Shown here one piece after another: positions 1-12,120 of a DNA stretch of 64,000 bases. The position numbers were made by a program, and so were the translations under genes. Where the stretch lies: contig NC_043014.1 of the NCBI RefSeq assembly GCF_006345805.1, forward strand, positions 27,838,001 through 27,902,000. The letters are read 5' to 3'. Source of the stretch: Octopus sinensis (Eukaryota). The notes beneath the pieces are model-generated. The model was given only the letters and a program-made list of their open reading frames with translations, was not told where the DNA came from and made no database searches. Positions within the stretch are counted from its first letter, which is position 1. Every line of letters begins with the position of its first letter.

Positions 1-19
1 AGCACCTCTACTCACTAAC

Positions 20-200
20 ATGGGAAGTTTGAGAGGCAGCAACTTCTCCCTGGCTGCAATTTCAAGTGATATGCCCAGTTTGCCTTCACTAGTAGCAAAC
101 AGGTCTGGGCTTCATCTCCACACAGTCCTTTACCATGTGCAGCCCTTGGCACTTAAAGCACTGGCTCTTGAACAGATGCTGTCGCTCCAAGACAGTTTTC
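20..200 (-). mobile_element. Decayed LTR-retrotransposon gag zinc-knuckle fragment
   Basis: Minus strand reads CFKCQGLHMVKDC (C-x2-C-x3-H-x4-C), followed by a disrupted second knuckle (VCY*..GH..NC). Confidence 0.35.
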
Positions 201-1234
201 TTCTCCCCATTCTGATTAATAAGGGTATCATGAACAGCATCACCCACACATTTAAGTATTTTCAAAACTATCAATATTACAGTTATCATGCTTGAACTCT
301 GATGGTGGGAATTAATTTTGGTGTCATATCCATTATAACTTACCCTTGAGTATAAAATATAAAATTATAGGATATTATGTTATATGGTAGGTTGTATTAC
401 ATTACATATGTTATATGCTATATATTGTGTTGTATGGTGTGCTATATGTATTATTATCCCTACCTAGTTAATCTGACTTCATCCTATTTTGGCAATTACA
501 CTATTTTCTTTTCTATGAATTTTTACCCTACTAGTCATATAATGTATATTTGTAGTGATTTTATGAAAATAAGTCTCCCATGACTAAATCCTGTAACACA
601 CAGAAACTATATAATTATACATACAATAACACCTGTAATATTACATCTTATAAAACCTTTGTTTGAATACCTTTCACAGCCCTCACTACTTCCATACCTA
701 TTACCCACCTCTTTTTAGGTTACCGTTATCTTTTCCCTGCCTCTTTATATAAATGCATATGTATTTAATATTTTCTTTAAATTCTTATTGTTTTGTTTTC
801 TTATTTTGATATCCTTACCTTACTAATCTCTTATCCTTTATAAATTGTTACGTTTCTTGTTCTTAAATTGATATTTTTCAGTTACTTAGGTCTATGCAAA
901 ATATTTATACTATATTCTTTCATATAAGCATATATATGTGTATATGTATATATGCACACATAGATGTATGTGTGTGTGTGTGTGTATGTATATATATATG
1001 GGGAAAATGTTTAAACCCTCTTTGTATATGTATCTATATGCATTATTTTTACACTTTACACCTACTTATATCAGTACATATTTTTGAGTATATTTATATT
1101 TTATACCTTATAATTAATTATATCTATGTATTACCATTATCTTATCCTGCTTCCGATTCAATAGATATGTGCATCTTTCTTGATATTCCAAATGTAAGTG
1201 GCTTGAGCAGTCTTTATAGAAGAGGTATTAAAGA

Positions 1235-1398
1235 GTTCAAATTCCGCCGAGGTCGACTTTGCCTTTCATCCTTTCGGGGTCGATAAATTAAGTACCAGTT
1301 AAGCACTGGGGTCGATATAATCGACTTAATACCTATGTCTGTCCATGTTTGTCCCCTCTATGTTCAGCCCCTTGTGGGTAATAAAGAAATAGGTATTA
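1235..1398 (+). mobile_element. 5'-truncated tRNA-derived SINE (same family as 40931-41161)
   Basis: gagttcaaattccgccgaggtcgactttgcctttcatcctttcggggtcgataaattaagtaccag...gtgggtaataaagaaata closely matches the copy at 41.0 kb. Confidence 0.75.
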
Positions 1399-2284
1399 AA
1401 CTGATCTTACATAATAGTAATCTTCCCTTTTAATGTTTATAATAGTAATCTTCCCTTTTAATGTTTATAATTGATACATGCTATTTAGCTATTTTGGTTA
1501 TGATATCATTTTCCGGAATTCTTAAATTTTATACAACATAACAATATTGTTTTTAAACGTTCCCTTATCGTGCCCCTAATAATATTTTCCCTGTATCTGC
1601 ATCTAAAGTTTTTCTTAGTGTTTGCCCCTTTAACTGGTAATTAATATCATGATTTAAAGTCTACCCCTACCATGCCACTTTTTTATAGACAGTTACTTCT
1701 ATCTAATTGACTCTTCCTAAAGTTTTGTTTTTCTCTTGAGGGGAAAGGGATACCTATGATAATATTTATGACCAATAGCTAACCATGAGCTGTCAACTCA
1801 CTCTTGTTCTTTATTCTAAATACACTCTACTAATAACAGATTTTAGATGAATATGCGATAAATAAATTGAAAATGAATTACACCCCTATGACCCCACTAT
1901 GCTCCATGCTATTCTAAGGAATTGTAGGTTGTTTTTTTCATTAGTCACTTTTGCTACAATAGCAACATAAATTCTTCCAGCATTCTATCTGTTGAAATTC
2001 CATATATTTTTTGTGCAGCTAAAGATAGCACTGCATTTAAATTGATGTAATGATTGCATTGTTTTATTAAATGGAGTTGCTTGAAACGGTTGTACTGCAT
2101 TACTACTTGATATCCTATTGCATATTTTGATTTTATTCACCTTACTTTGAGCTGTGCGGATAATACTTGGTGTTTCAACTTAAGTACCTAATTCAACTGA
2201 ATCTTAATTATTTCTTATATATTTGTTAAAAATTTTTATCCTTCTGAAATTGATAAAAATGTCCAACTTTTCTCTCAGGGTGCT

Positions 2285-2680
2285 TACACTCTGTTGTGTA
2301 TGCACACTGACATTACACATCCAGTGGATCATACTAGAAGTGAAGCTAATATGATCCGCTGGATGGGTAATGTCAGCATTCATACACAACAGAGTGTAAG
2401 CGCCCTGAGAGAAAAGTTGGACATAAGAAGCATCAAATGTCGTGTGCAAGAGAGACAACTGCACTGGTATGCTCATGTGTTACGTATGTATGAGGACAGC
2501 AGTGTGAAGAAGTGCCACTCCCTAAGTGTGGAAGGAACCTGTGGAAGAGATAAACCAAGGAAGACATGGGATGAGTTGGTGAAGCATAACTTTAAACATT
2601 GGGCCTCACAGAGGCAATGACAGGAGACCAAGACCATTGGAGATATGCTGTGATTAAGACCCGGCAACTAAAGTGAGATT
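2285..2680 (+). mobile_element. RTE-type LINE 3' relic (C-terminal region after RT)
   Basis: MIRWMGNV...LREKLDIRSIKCRVQERQLHWYAHVLRM...GRDKPRKTW matches the LRWxGHVxR / GRPRKTW signature of RTE ORF ends. Confidence 0.7.
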
Positions 2681-2789
2681 GCATGCATGACTGATGCCAG
2701 TGTTGCATGTCCAGGCCATTTAAGAGTACCCTTGATGCATTGGGGGATATGATATGCTTGAAAAGACCTGTCAAGTCAAGCAAAACCAA

Positions 2790-3200
2790 AATCATAGCTG
2801 TGGCCAGTGCCCCCTTACTGGCTCCTGTTCCAGTGGCACATAAAAAAGCACCATCTGAACATGGTCGATGCCAGGTCTGCCTAACTGGCTCCCATGCCTG
2901 TGGTACATAAAAAGCACCATCCAAATGTGGCTGATGTCAGTACCCCTAGACTGGCTCCCATGCCAGTGGCACGTAAAAAGCACTATCTGAACGTGGCCGA
3001 TGCCAATACCCCCTGACTGACTCCCGTGCCGATGGTACATAAAAAGTACCCACTACACTCGGAGTGGTTGGTGTTAGGAAGGGCTGTAGAAACATTGCCA
3101 GATCGGATTAGAGCCTGGTGCAGCTGCTGGCTCTCCAAACCTTAGTCAAACTGTCCAACTCATGCCAACATGGAAAATGGACATTAAAATGATGATGATG
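2790..3200. repeat. Interspersed repeat with about 4 internal ~60-bp tandem units
   Basis: Unit ggcacataaaaagcaccatc(c/t)gaacgtggccgatgccagtacccc..actggctccc repeats. The catggaaaa..gacattaaa(a)tgatgatg end recurs inverted at 45395 and 63700. Confidence 0.6.
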
Positions 3201-5412
3201 AAATACCTATTAAGTACTTAACTGTCTCTTTTGAGTAGTAGCTGGCAGAATCATTATCAAACTGGATAAAATGCTAAGCGGCATTTCTCTTGGCTCTTTA
3301 TGTTCTGAGTTCAAATGCTGCTGAAGTTAACTTTACCTTTCATCCTTTAGGGACCAATGAAGTAAGTACCAGTTGAATACTGGGGTCAATGTAATTGACT
3401 TCTACTCCACCTTAAAATTGCTGGTTTTGTACCAAAATTAGAAAGAATTACTGGAAAGAATGGAAATTTATAATTAACATTTTGGATATGAAAATTGTTT
3501 TCTTTCAATGGTTTCAGTCACTAGAGTGCAGCTATGTAAGGATATCACTTTTTAAGGGTTTTAGTTGATTATCAACATCCAATACTTTGTCTGATACTTA
3601 CTTATTTCATTGTTTTGTAACATATTAATTGCAAAGTAGAAATACTTCAGATGGACATGAATACTGCAAGGGATTCTTGTTTGGATGTGCCATTTTCCCC
3701 TTCTATACACATATATATAAACATGCATATATATATGTACAGTGGGCTTTTGTACAATTTCTGCATGCTAGATTTCACTAAGACACTGATCCCAAGGCTT
3801 TGAGAGAAGGTGACACTTGTCTAAAATGGTGCACAATGGGATTGAATCCAGAACCATATGGTTGTGAAGCAAATCTGTAAACCACACAGCCATTCCTATG
3901 ACCATATCTAAAGATAAAATGAAAAAAATTGTATTTTAACAATCCTCTTCAGTCTTATCAAAAATAACAAGTCAAATGAATTTTTCATAAAATTTAATAA
4001 GATTGGATGGATGACTTAAGATTCCTTTAGAACACAAACGTTATAATTTTGTAACAAAAGAAGCGGTTATTGGGGGGCTCACATTAACCCCTCAAAATTT
4101 ATTTGTGTATGAAAACATGTTACCAAAAGGAATCTTTATATTTCTTAAATATGTCATTACATGATAAATCAGACATTGACTGTTGTGTTTTATTTAATCA
4201 TTTATTTTGTTTTGTTCTAGATTGTATGTAAAAAAGGTGTTTTAAAAAAAGACTCCTAAATGTGGTTTAGTTCATTGTCGAGGTGAGGTGAGTTGAAATG
4301 AAGACATTGAAATACAGGATTACAGAAAACAAGTTCATATAAGTCTCATGAGAACCAACAAAAAGTGAACTCACTACAAGACACTCTGAGTCTATGTGCG
4401 CATCTGAGTTGGTCACAGGTCAAAAACACTCTAAGGTGTGAATAGAGCCAACTTCATTCTTATTGGACAAGAGAGTATGTGCATGTGTATGTATATATAC
4501 ATGCACACACACACACACACACATGTATACAAACATACATCCTCATCATCATTTAATGAGCATTTTCCATGCTGGTATGGGCTTGACAGGAACTGATGAA
4601 CAGGAGGGCTGTGCTGAGCTCCAGTGTCTTCTTAATGTCAACCATTGGATGACTTCCCCAGCTAGAAAATGGAAAATGGTCATTAAATGATGACAATGAT
4701 GATGATATCCATGCATACACACAAATATATCTATCTTTATTTCTCAGAACACACATGCATGCACACACACACACAGGACAAGAAGGAGAGAGATATCTTT
4801 TACAGTTATGTTTCTTTTTCTAAATATATATTTATATGAACTTTAAATTAGTTAGAAGATGTTTGTGACATATTGCTGCTATATTTATAAATTTATTAAT
4901 CACATATGTGTGTGTATAGAAAGAAACACAGTTCCTTGGTGTCTGATGAATTAGTTGGCTATGAGTAATGCTTCCCCTTCTTATTTAACAAAATAACTAG
5001 AAGTCTTTATATATGTGTATGTCTACACATATATAAGTAACTGTAATAACTGCAACCATAGTTGAATGCTTAAGAAATTCACTTTGTAAACATGAATACC
5101 CAAGTGCAATCCAAATGCAGAGCACCTTGGGATATACAAGCCATGTATGAGAAATTAGTTAGATGAAAATCGTGTGGACCCCCACCTCCAGTTGGATGGA
5201 CTGTACTTATGGTTCAAGGGGCTTAATCTTGTCACAAAGTGTTTTACACTGGTTCTGCCTGCCAGAAGATTATGTTAAGAGTACAACTGACTGAGGAATA
5301 GTCAGTCACTTACACTATATAATACAATGAGAAGGTAGTTTCATTGATCAAACATTTGGATTACTCATTGTATTTAACAGACAAGTGATCTGTTCATACA
5401 CATAAAGCTGCT

Positions 5413-5466
<54 letters not shown>

Positions 5467-6366
5467 ATATGGGTGTGTATGTGTAATGTTTGTATATGTT
5501 TTACTATAGAAACATTTAAATGTAATACTTAACCCAGAATGGGAGGTAAATATAGAGATGCCATTGTATTACTGGCATTATTTTGTTATTGGTGTAATTG
5601 TAACCTCAGGTGCAAAGGGACTTGGGGCTGTTGTAGTTATAATGTGGACAGTGGAGAAATATGTACAAATAACTAATTCAAAATGGAACTAGCTATTATT
5701 TGGCAAAAATAGGACTAGAGAAGGCATTTCAAGAAATAGAAATAGCAAATATTGAAACCATTGTTAGTTAGGAAGTATTGGACAGAAACAAACCCTGGTT
5801 TCACAATTGGTTCGGAATATTCTATAATTGCAAAATTGCAGATATATACCAGTTTCTGATTAGTTTGATAAAATAATTTTAAATAGTTGTGGTGGTGGTG
5901 GTGGTGGTGATGATGATGAGGGTAATTATTGTTGTTGTTGTGATTAATGTTAGTTTCATATAATTCATGTTATATAAAAAATTTTTAAATCAGAAAAAAT
6001 AGAAATAAAGACTTTTGTTTAAAAAAATAACATTAGCGAATATTAGTGTAAAAAATAAAAGACATAAAACCCCCAAGGATACAAGTGAATTAGTTTGCCA
6101 AAAAAAAAAAGTGAATGTTTAAAATATTAACTGTTTTCAACACTAAAACCTGTAGAGAAAAAAAAAAATTTACAAACAAATCAATGATAAAAAATATTTC
6201 AAATAAATAAACATATTGTTCAGCTTAGTTCGGCACTGGCTTTTGATGGCAACATCCAATAATCATTTGTGGATTTCATATGGCTCTCTTCATTTTGGGG
6301 ATTTATTCCAAGGACAGTGATGGTTATGATGATTTGAGAGGGGCAGGGAGAAAAAAAAAAAGTTAA

Positions 6367-6529
6367 CTCTTTAGCATTCAGATTACTCTCTCGAATGTAA
6401 TGTTTATTTATTCACATTATTTTGAATTAATCGTGTAGCTAAAACTTTCATGATGTGATTGCTTATGTTTAGAATGACATTGCAGGATAGATATGAAGGC
6501 CAGATCTGGCCAGTTTGAATGCTAAAGGG
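6367..6529. mobile_element. piggyBac-type MITE (163 bp) with TTAA target duplication
   Basis: TTAA|ctctttagcattca ... tgaatgctaaaggg|TTAA: 14-bp terminal inverted repeats with one mismatch, TTAA on both sides. Confidence 0.75.
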
Positions 6530-6556
6530 TTAAAAAAATGCTTCACAGTTCAGTCT

Positions 6557-8278
6557 TTAATCACAATTATTATTTCCATCAATATTTTCATCTTGCTTCT
6601 CTCTTTTCAATACTTTTTCTTTACGATGTAATCTGACTGCTTCAAAGAAGCGGTCAGAAGTAATACTACCAGGGAAGACAGGTGAACTAGTACCATTGTA
6701 ACTAACTGGACTGTTTGGACATTCAACCTGTTCAGAATAAAATTTGGTGATTTCTTCTTCAAGAGTCACTAAGCTTTCCTTCTTATCAGAGTCAAATAAT
6801 TCCTGTTGGAAAGATGTCACAGTAGTTTGGTCTGGTGGAGCTGAGGTCACTATGTTTCTATCTAAACGCTCATCTAATTTATTGTCTGCAGTGATTTTAT
6901 GTTTAATTTTGTTCTTCTGTGCAGTGTTTTCCTTTTGTGCACAATGTGCACTTTTCCGATGTAAAGCTAGATTACCCGACTGAGTGAATACTTTTGAGCA
7001 ATCTTGACATTTAAAAGGTTTGGTGCCAGTGTGCACACGCATGTGGGTTGTGAGGTGGGCAGATAGGACAAATTTCTTTTCACAGAAGTTACATGCAAAA
7101 GGCCTCTCACCAGTATGCACTCGTGTATGGGCATCAAGATGATTCTCGTCTATGAATGATTTTGGACAAAATGTGCAACGATAGGGTCGAAGTTTTCCTT
7201 TCTCATCCCTCTTATCAGTATTGTCTATATTATAATGACAACAACGTTTATGCTTTGCTAACTGACTTGAACGTGCAAAGAAACGGTTGCACCCTGGGAA
7301 TGTACACTGAAATGGTTTCTCACCAGTATGAGTTCGAGTATGGACAGCCAAATGGCTAGAGTCAACAAAAGATTTCTCACAGTGGTCACATTTGAAGGGT
7401 TTCTCACCTGTGTGAGAACGGATGTGGAGAGTTAAATGACTGGACTGAGCAAAACTTTTATGGCAGTGTTCACACCGATAAGGTCGTTCACCACTGTGCT
7501 TGCGAAGATGAACAATTAACTGGCCAGCATGAGTAAAAGACTTGGAACAAATGTCACAGATATGAGGTTTTACACCTGAATGTATTTTGGCATGATGTGT
7601 TAAGTCACTGGACTGAGTGAAAGATTTGCCACAGTGTTCACATTTATAAGGTCTGTCACCTGTATGAGAACGCATGTGGACAGTGAGATGGCCTGAATAT
7701 GTGAACTTTTTCTGGCAAAGCTTACACTGAAATGGTCTTTCACCAGTATGCACTCTCATGTGTGCAGCCAACTGACTTGAATACGCAAAAGCTTTATCAC
7801 ACATGTCACATTTTTGAGACTTTTCATTCGAGTGTGTTTTCTGGTGTGTCACATATGCACGAAACAGAGGGAACACCTGATCACACTGCTCACAAGGGAA
7901 CACAACTTTGTTTTTATGCATCGATTTCTCATGATGTGCCAGCTTTCCTTGAGTGGAAAAGATATCTTTGCATTCGAAGCACTGGTAGACCTTGGGGGGC
8001 TTTGAATGAACTTTCCTGTGGAGATTGAGGTAAAATGGTTTGGTGAACATTTTAGGACAGAGGTCACATTGGTACGGTTTATTTAGTGGATGGACTTGTT
8101 TACTATTTGACATTTCACTTGAAGCAATTATCACTTCTGGTGATGAAGCTCTCTCATCTTCTACAGAAACAAATTCACTGCTATCATTGTCCTTTGTCTG
8201 CAAGGAAAAAGAATAGTCTTTGTTCTCAAGAAAGTCTTCAACTGAAGTAATGGTATAACCTTCCATTTTGATCCACAT
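6557..8278 (-). CDS. C2H2 zinc-finger protein, 13 fingers, single coding exon (573 aa; better Kozak ATG at 8266 gives 569 aa)
   Basis: Long open ORF. I count 13 C-x2/4-C-x12-H-x3/4-H fingers, most joined by TGE(K/R)P-type linkers, with an acidic N-terminus. A splice acceptor (tatcttcag|G) sits at 8339, upstream of the ATG. Confidence 0.95.
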   Translation of the reverse strand: MWIKMEGYTITSVEDFLENKDYSFSLQTKDNDSSEFVSVEDERASSPEVIIASSEMSNSKQVHPLNKPYQCDLCPKMFTKPFYLNLHRKVHSKPPKVYQCFECKDIFSTQGKLAHHEKSMHKNKVVFPCEQCDQVFPLFRAYVTHQKTHSNEKSQKCDMCDKAFAYSSQLAAHMRVHTGERPFQCKLCQKKFTYSGHLTVHMRSHTGDRPYKCEHCGKSFTQSSDLTHHAKIHSGVKPHICDICSKSFTHAGQLIVHLRKHSGERPYRCEHCHKSFAQSSHLTLHIRSHTGEKPFKCDHCEKSFVDSSHLAVHTRTHTGEKPFQCTFPGCNRFFARSSQLAKHKRCCHYNIDNTDKRDEKGKLRPYRCTFCPKSFIDENHLDAHTRVHTGERPFACNFCEKKFVLSAHLTTHMRVHTGTKPFKCQDCSKVFTQSGNLALHRKSAHCAQKENTAQKNKIKHKITADNKLDERLDRNIVTSAPPDQTTVTSFQQELFDSDKKESLVTLEEEITKFYSEQVECPNSPVSYNGTSSPVFPGSITSDRFFEAVRLHRKEKVLKREKQDENIDGNNNCD

Positions 8279-9109
8279 GTGCAGAATAGTATAATAAATT
8301 ATATATCACTTAGGCATATTGAAAGAGTATGAAACTACCTGAAGATATACATAATAGGGGTAAAAAAGAGGAATTTTCTTTCCATTTGATTTTGTGGTTT
8401 TTTAATGCCAGTTCTAAACCAAAGAACTTAATGGTCAGAAATCGGTTTACAGTTATATGTATACTTTAACTTTCTTGAGATGAAAGGATCAAGAAGGAAG
8501 AAATTCAAATCTTCTTTCTTATATTGGATTACTTTGATTGTCTGGGATTTCAACATTTTAACCAATTGGATCTGAAGAGAAAGAGAGAGAGAGAGAAAAA
8601 AAGCACAATAATTAAAGAAAATAAAAATATTTGAATAATATTTTTTTTTTATTTAACAACATTTTTAGTAGTAAAAGTGAAGTTATTGTTAAATTGTAAT
8701 GAATTACTGGTGCAAGATGGCACAAGATGAATCATGAAAATCAAACAGTAAAATGGATGCAAATATATTTAATGTAGTAAGCTGAGATATTTTAATTAAT
8801 TAAAATTGTGCTATAATGAGAAAAAACTATTATTACTATATTGGCCAGTTCTGGTAAAGACAACTCCCAGAGGCGGTGGAGATTGAACCTCATGTTTAGA
8901 AGTACTTTTGGCAGTCTAACCATTACTAGATAAGTGGAGGAGTATATACGATTTTTCTGAATGAACACTGAGTGTGTTAAAATTTAAATGACTGCAAGAA
9001 AATACACAAGAATGTATGCTGTATGAAACAATCAGTAAATGAGTTGTAATACTAAGTCTGTTACAGAAATGCATTACTTCATCATGCTATATCTTCATTT
9101 ATCTTCAGT

Positions 9110-9960
9110 GAAAGTTGTCTCATTGCCCTTGACATCAGAAAAGCTTTTGACCATGTTTGTTATGCAAGCCTCCTGCCAAAATTGCCTGCCTATGGGCTTT
9201 ATCTACCTTTCATCTCTTGTATTGGTAGCTTCCTGTCAGACTGCACAATCACAGCCTGTGCTGATGGAGCTCTCTGACCCTATCAACCCTGGAGTACTCC
9301 AAGATTGTTTCCCCTCCATACCCTTTCTCTTACACATCAACGACATACTTGTCATCATCTCCAAAACATCCACTCTTATGCAGATATCACCTTTCATTCT
9401 ACATGCAACCTAAAATACTTTATCCAAAATCTGTACTGACTCTATGAACAAAGACCTAAGAAACATCCACAATGGGCTCAAGCCAACCTTATCTCCTTCA
9501 ATGGAGAGAAAATGAAAAAACCTCTTATTGATATCAAGAAAACATCATTGTACCTCACCTTACTGAAATATAAACAGCATACAATGGAAGTTCTTTTGAT
9601 TGTTCTAAATGCTAAGCCTTTCTGTCAATGAAGATCTCTCTTAACAAACACACTTTCTCAACATATCAAAGACATCTCAAAGAATATTGGCTCTTCTCTG
9701 CAGAGCCAGAAAATGCTTCAACCCTAAAAATACAGACCCTCAACAAAGCTCCAGTGAGAATCACAAAAGAATACTACTGTCATATCTAAGATGGTGTTGC
9801 TACTATACTCAGAGACATCCTAGGCAATATGCAGAGAAAGGTCACTAAACTGATTGGCATAAAGTCCATCACAGACTTCTTGCTTTTTCCATTGTATCTC
9901 AATAGACTCTACTCTTCAGAGTTGGCTGGTTTTGTGTCACCTTCACTCAAGCTCCCTCAA
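9110..9960 (+). mobile_element. Decayed CR1/Jockey-superfamily LINE reverse transcriptase
   Basis: Frames give IALDIRKAFDHV..SLLPKLPAYG and INPGVLQD...FLLHINDI, which are RT motifs, with many frameshifts. Confidence 0.6.
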
Positions 9961-10042
9961 CTCACCTCCTCTCCTCTTATCAAGGATGTTGTGTCTACCC
10001 TTTATCTCAAGAAATATGAACTGTACTTTATTTGGGAAAAGA

Positions 10043-10320
10043 ATTACATTTATAGCATGGAAGGTGTTTATAAGCCATTTAAGAAACACACAAATCCGTT
10101 AGATTCACTTCACCATTTAAATTTAATTTGTCAAAATATTTTCGTCGCTTTGAGACCGCGACCTGTTCACTGACAAAACTTCGTGCTTGTCAGTGAACAG
10201 GTCGCGGTCTCAAAGCGACGAAAATATTTTGACAAATTAAATTTAAATGGTGAAGTGAATCTAACGGCTTTGTGTGTTTCTTAAATGGCTTATAAACACC
10301 TTCCATGCTATAAATGTAAT
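10043..10320. repeat. Inverted repeat, 134-bp arms with 10-nt loop, Penelope-like terminus
   Basis: 10043-10176 is the reverse complement of 10187-10320, with one mismatch seen. Confidence 0.95.
10187..10235 (+). ncRNA. Candidate minimal type-I hammerhead ribozyme, G3-C8 core variant (mirror copy on minus strand 10128-10176)
   Basis: ttgtca|GTGAACA|G|gtcgc-ggtctcaaa-gcgac|GAAA|ATAT|TT|tgacaa: stem I, core, stem II, GAAA, palindromic helix III, cleavage triplet UUU. Confidence 0.55.
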
Positions 10321-10324
10321 GGTG

Positions 10325-11745
10325 TATAATAGTGTCAAACAGGGAGATATTCCTGCCCCTACACTTTTCTCTATTTATTTTCTTGCATTCCTTTGGTATA
10401 CTTTCAAGGATTGCAACAGAGGAATCGGAATCAGATTTCGGACATCTGGTCATTTTTAATTTGACCCAGTTTAACTGCAAAGCAAAAACTTTCATAATAC
10501 TTGTTAGAGAATTACTTTATGCTGATGATGCTGATTTGTTGGCACACTCAGGGGGGGATATGCAGCATTTAATGGACAGATATTCCACTGTGTGAGTACA
10601 TTTCAGACTTTCAATTAGTCTGGGGAAAACCAAAGTAATGTTTACTCCGGTGCCAGGACAAACATATCCTGAACCAAACATTTTTCTGAATGGAACAAGG
10701 TTAGCAGTTGTTGACACCTTTGTTTACCTAGGAAGCACACTGTCAACAGATGGCAGTCTTGATGCAGAGATATACTATCGAATAAGGAAAAGAAGTGTTG
10801 CATTTGGAAAGCTCGAAAAGCAAGTATGGGCGGATAGAGGTATTTCTCTGCAGAAAAAAATCAATATCTATAAAGCATGAGTATTGTCAGCACTTCTTCA
10901 TTCAAGTGAGACATGGATCACTTACAAGTATCATACAAAAATGCTGGAGAGATTTCATCAAAAGTGCCTCAGATGTATCTTCGGAGTCAAGTGGGAATGT
11001 TTCATACCAGATACAGAGGTTTTGCGCATATCTTGGCTCAAATGAGATGGACTGGATATGTTATTAGAATGAAAGATGAGTGTTTGCCAAAGCATCTTTT
11101 TTATGGTGAGCTCAACTCTGGTAAGTGACCACAACATAAGCCAAGGAAAAGGTATAAAGACTGTGTGAAGGAAAACCTGAAGAAACTAGGTATGAACAAA
11201 AGTGATTGGAAAAATGATGTTCTAGATCGGAACAAGCGGAGAGGTGCTATCAGGACTGGTTGCAATGCTTAGGAGGAAAAGATGATTCAGCACTCTGAAC
11301 CTGAAAGGGCCTGTCACAAAGGAACAGTAATCAACAGTGAACATTGGACGTGTATTATATGTGACCATGTTCTGTTGTCAGAAGCAAGATATGTGAATCA
11401 TGAAGTCACATAAAAATCCTAATTCCCAGATAGGTAATGATCTTGGACACCAACCGCCTCTTATGACTTGTGTCATATATCAAAAAACTTGCAAGACAAT
11501 ATCTGGACTTAAAAGACATATGCCAGTTCATAAAAACATTCCTTCAGAATCAGATTCAAAAGGGCAAGGATATGGAAGGAACTTGAAAAATATGTGTCAC
11601 TTGTGTTTTAAGCTCTGTCAGTCAGCAGCTGGTCTTAAAAGTCATCTGAGGGCGCATCAACGGAGTGATTGTGTTGTGTGATGGGGTGGGGTGTGTGTGG
11701 GTGTTGATGGGATGGCTATAACCAGTCAAGATGAAGCAATCATTA
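10325..11745 (+). mobile_element. 5'-truncated RTE (BovB-like) LINE, decayed RT plus C-terminal zinc fingers and 3' tail
   Basis: VKQGDIPAPTLFSIY, ELLYADDA, FVYLGSTLS, QMRWTGYVIRM..CLPKHLFYGEL and CHLCFKLC..LKSHLRAH, broken by stops and frameshifts. Confidence 0.85.
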
Positions 11746-11837
11746 TGTATACATATATATATTCACATGCACTTCTAGCAACATCATTTACTGCATCTCC
11801 CGCTCTTTCTGTCCTCTATATCATCAGTCAAATGGGA

Positions 11838-12120
11838 TGCCACTCGGCTGACCAGTTCGCAGAACACCTCCGAGACATTAGACTCAGCAACAACACCCTG
11901 GTCTCATGCCATTTCCGCTCTACCGGTCATTCATTACAACACATGTCTTTGTTTGAATTGTCTTTGCACAAGGGTCATCCAGACTCCCGCCTTCAACGTG
12001 AACAGGAATTAATCTTTTTCTTCACTCCTTTGCGCCACATGGGCACAACTCCTCTCCCCTCTTCATCTAACTCCCCCGTCTCTCCTCTCTTCACTCCTAC
12101 TCCACCCCTACTCCCTCAAT
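11838..12120 (+). mobile_element. Penelope-like element GIY-YIG endonuclease C-terminal fragment
   Basis: ADQFAEHLRDIRLSNNTLVSCHF...LQREQELIF, homologous to 21232-21470, followed by a CT-rich tract. Confidence 0.75.

Noticed and set aside
8866-8931. tRNA-like sequence on the minus strand
   Set aside because: A- and B-box-like motifs are present but no cloverleaf forms. It is probably a decayed SINE head.
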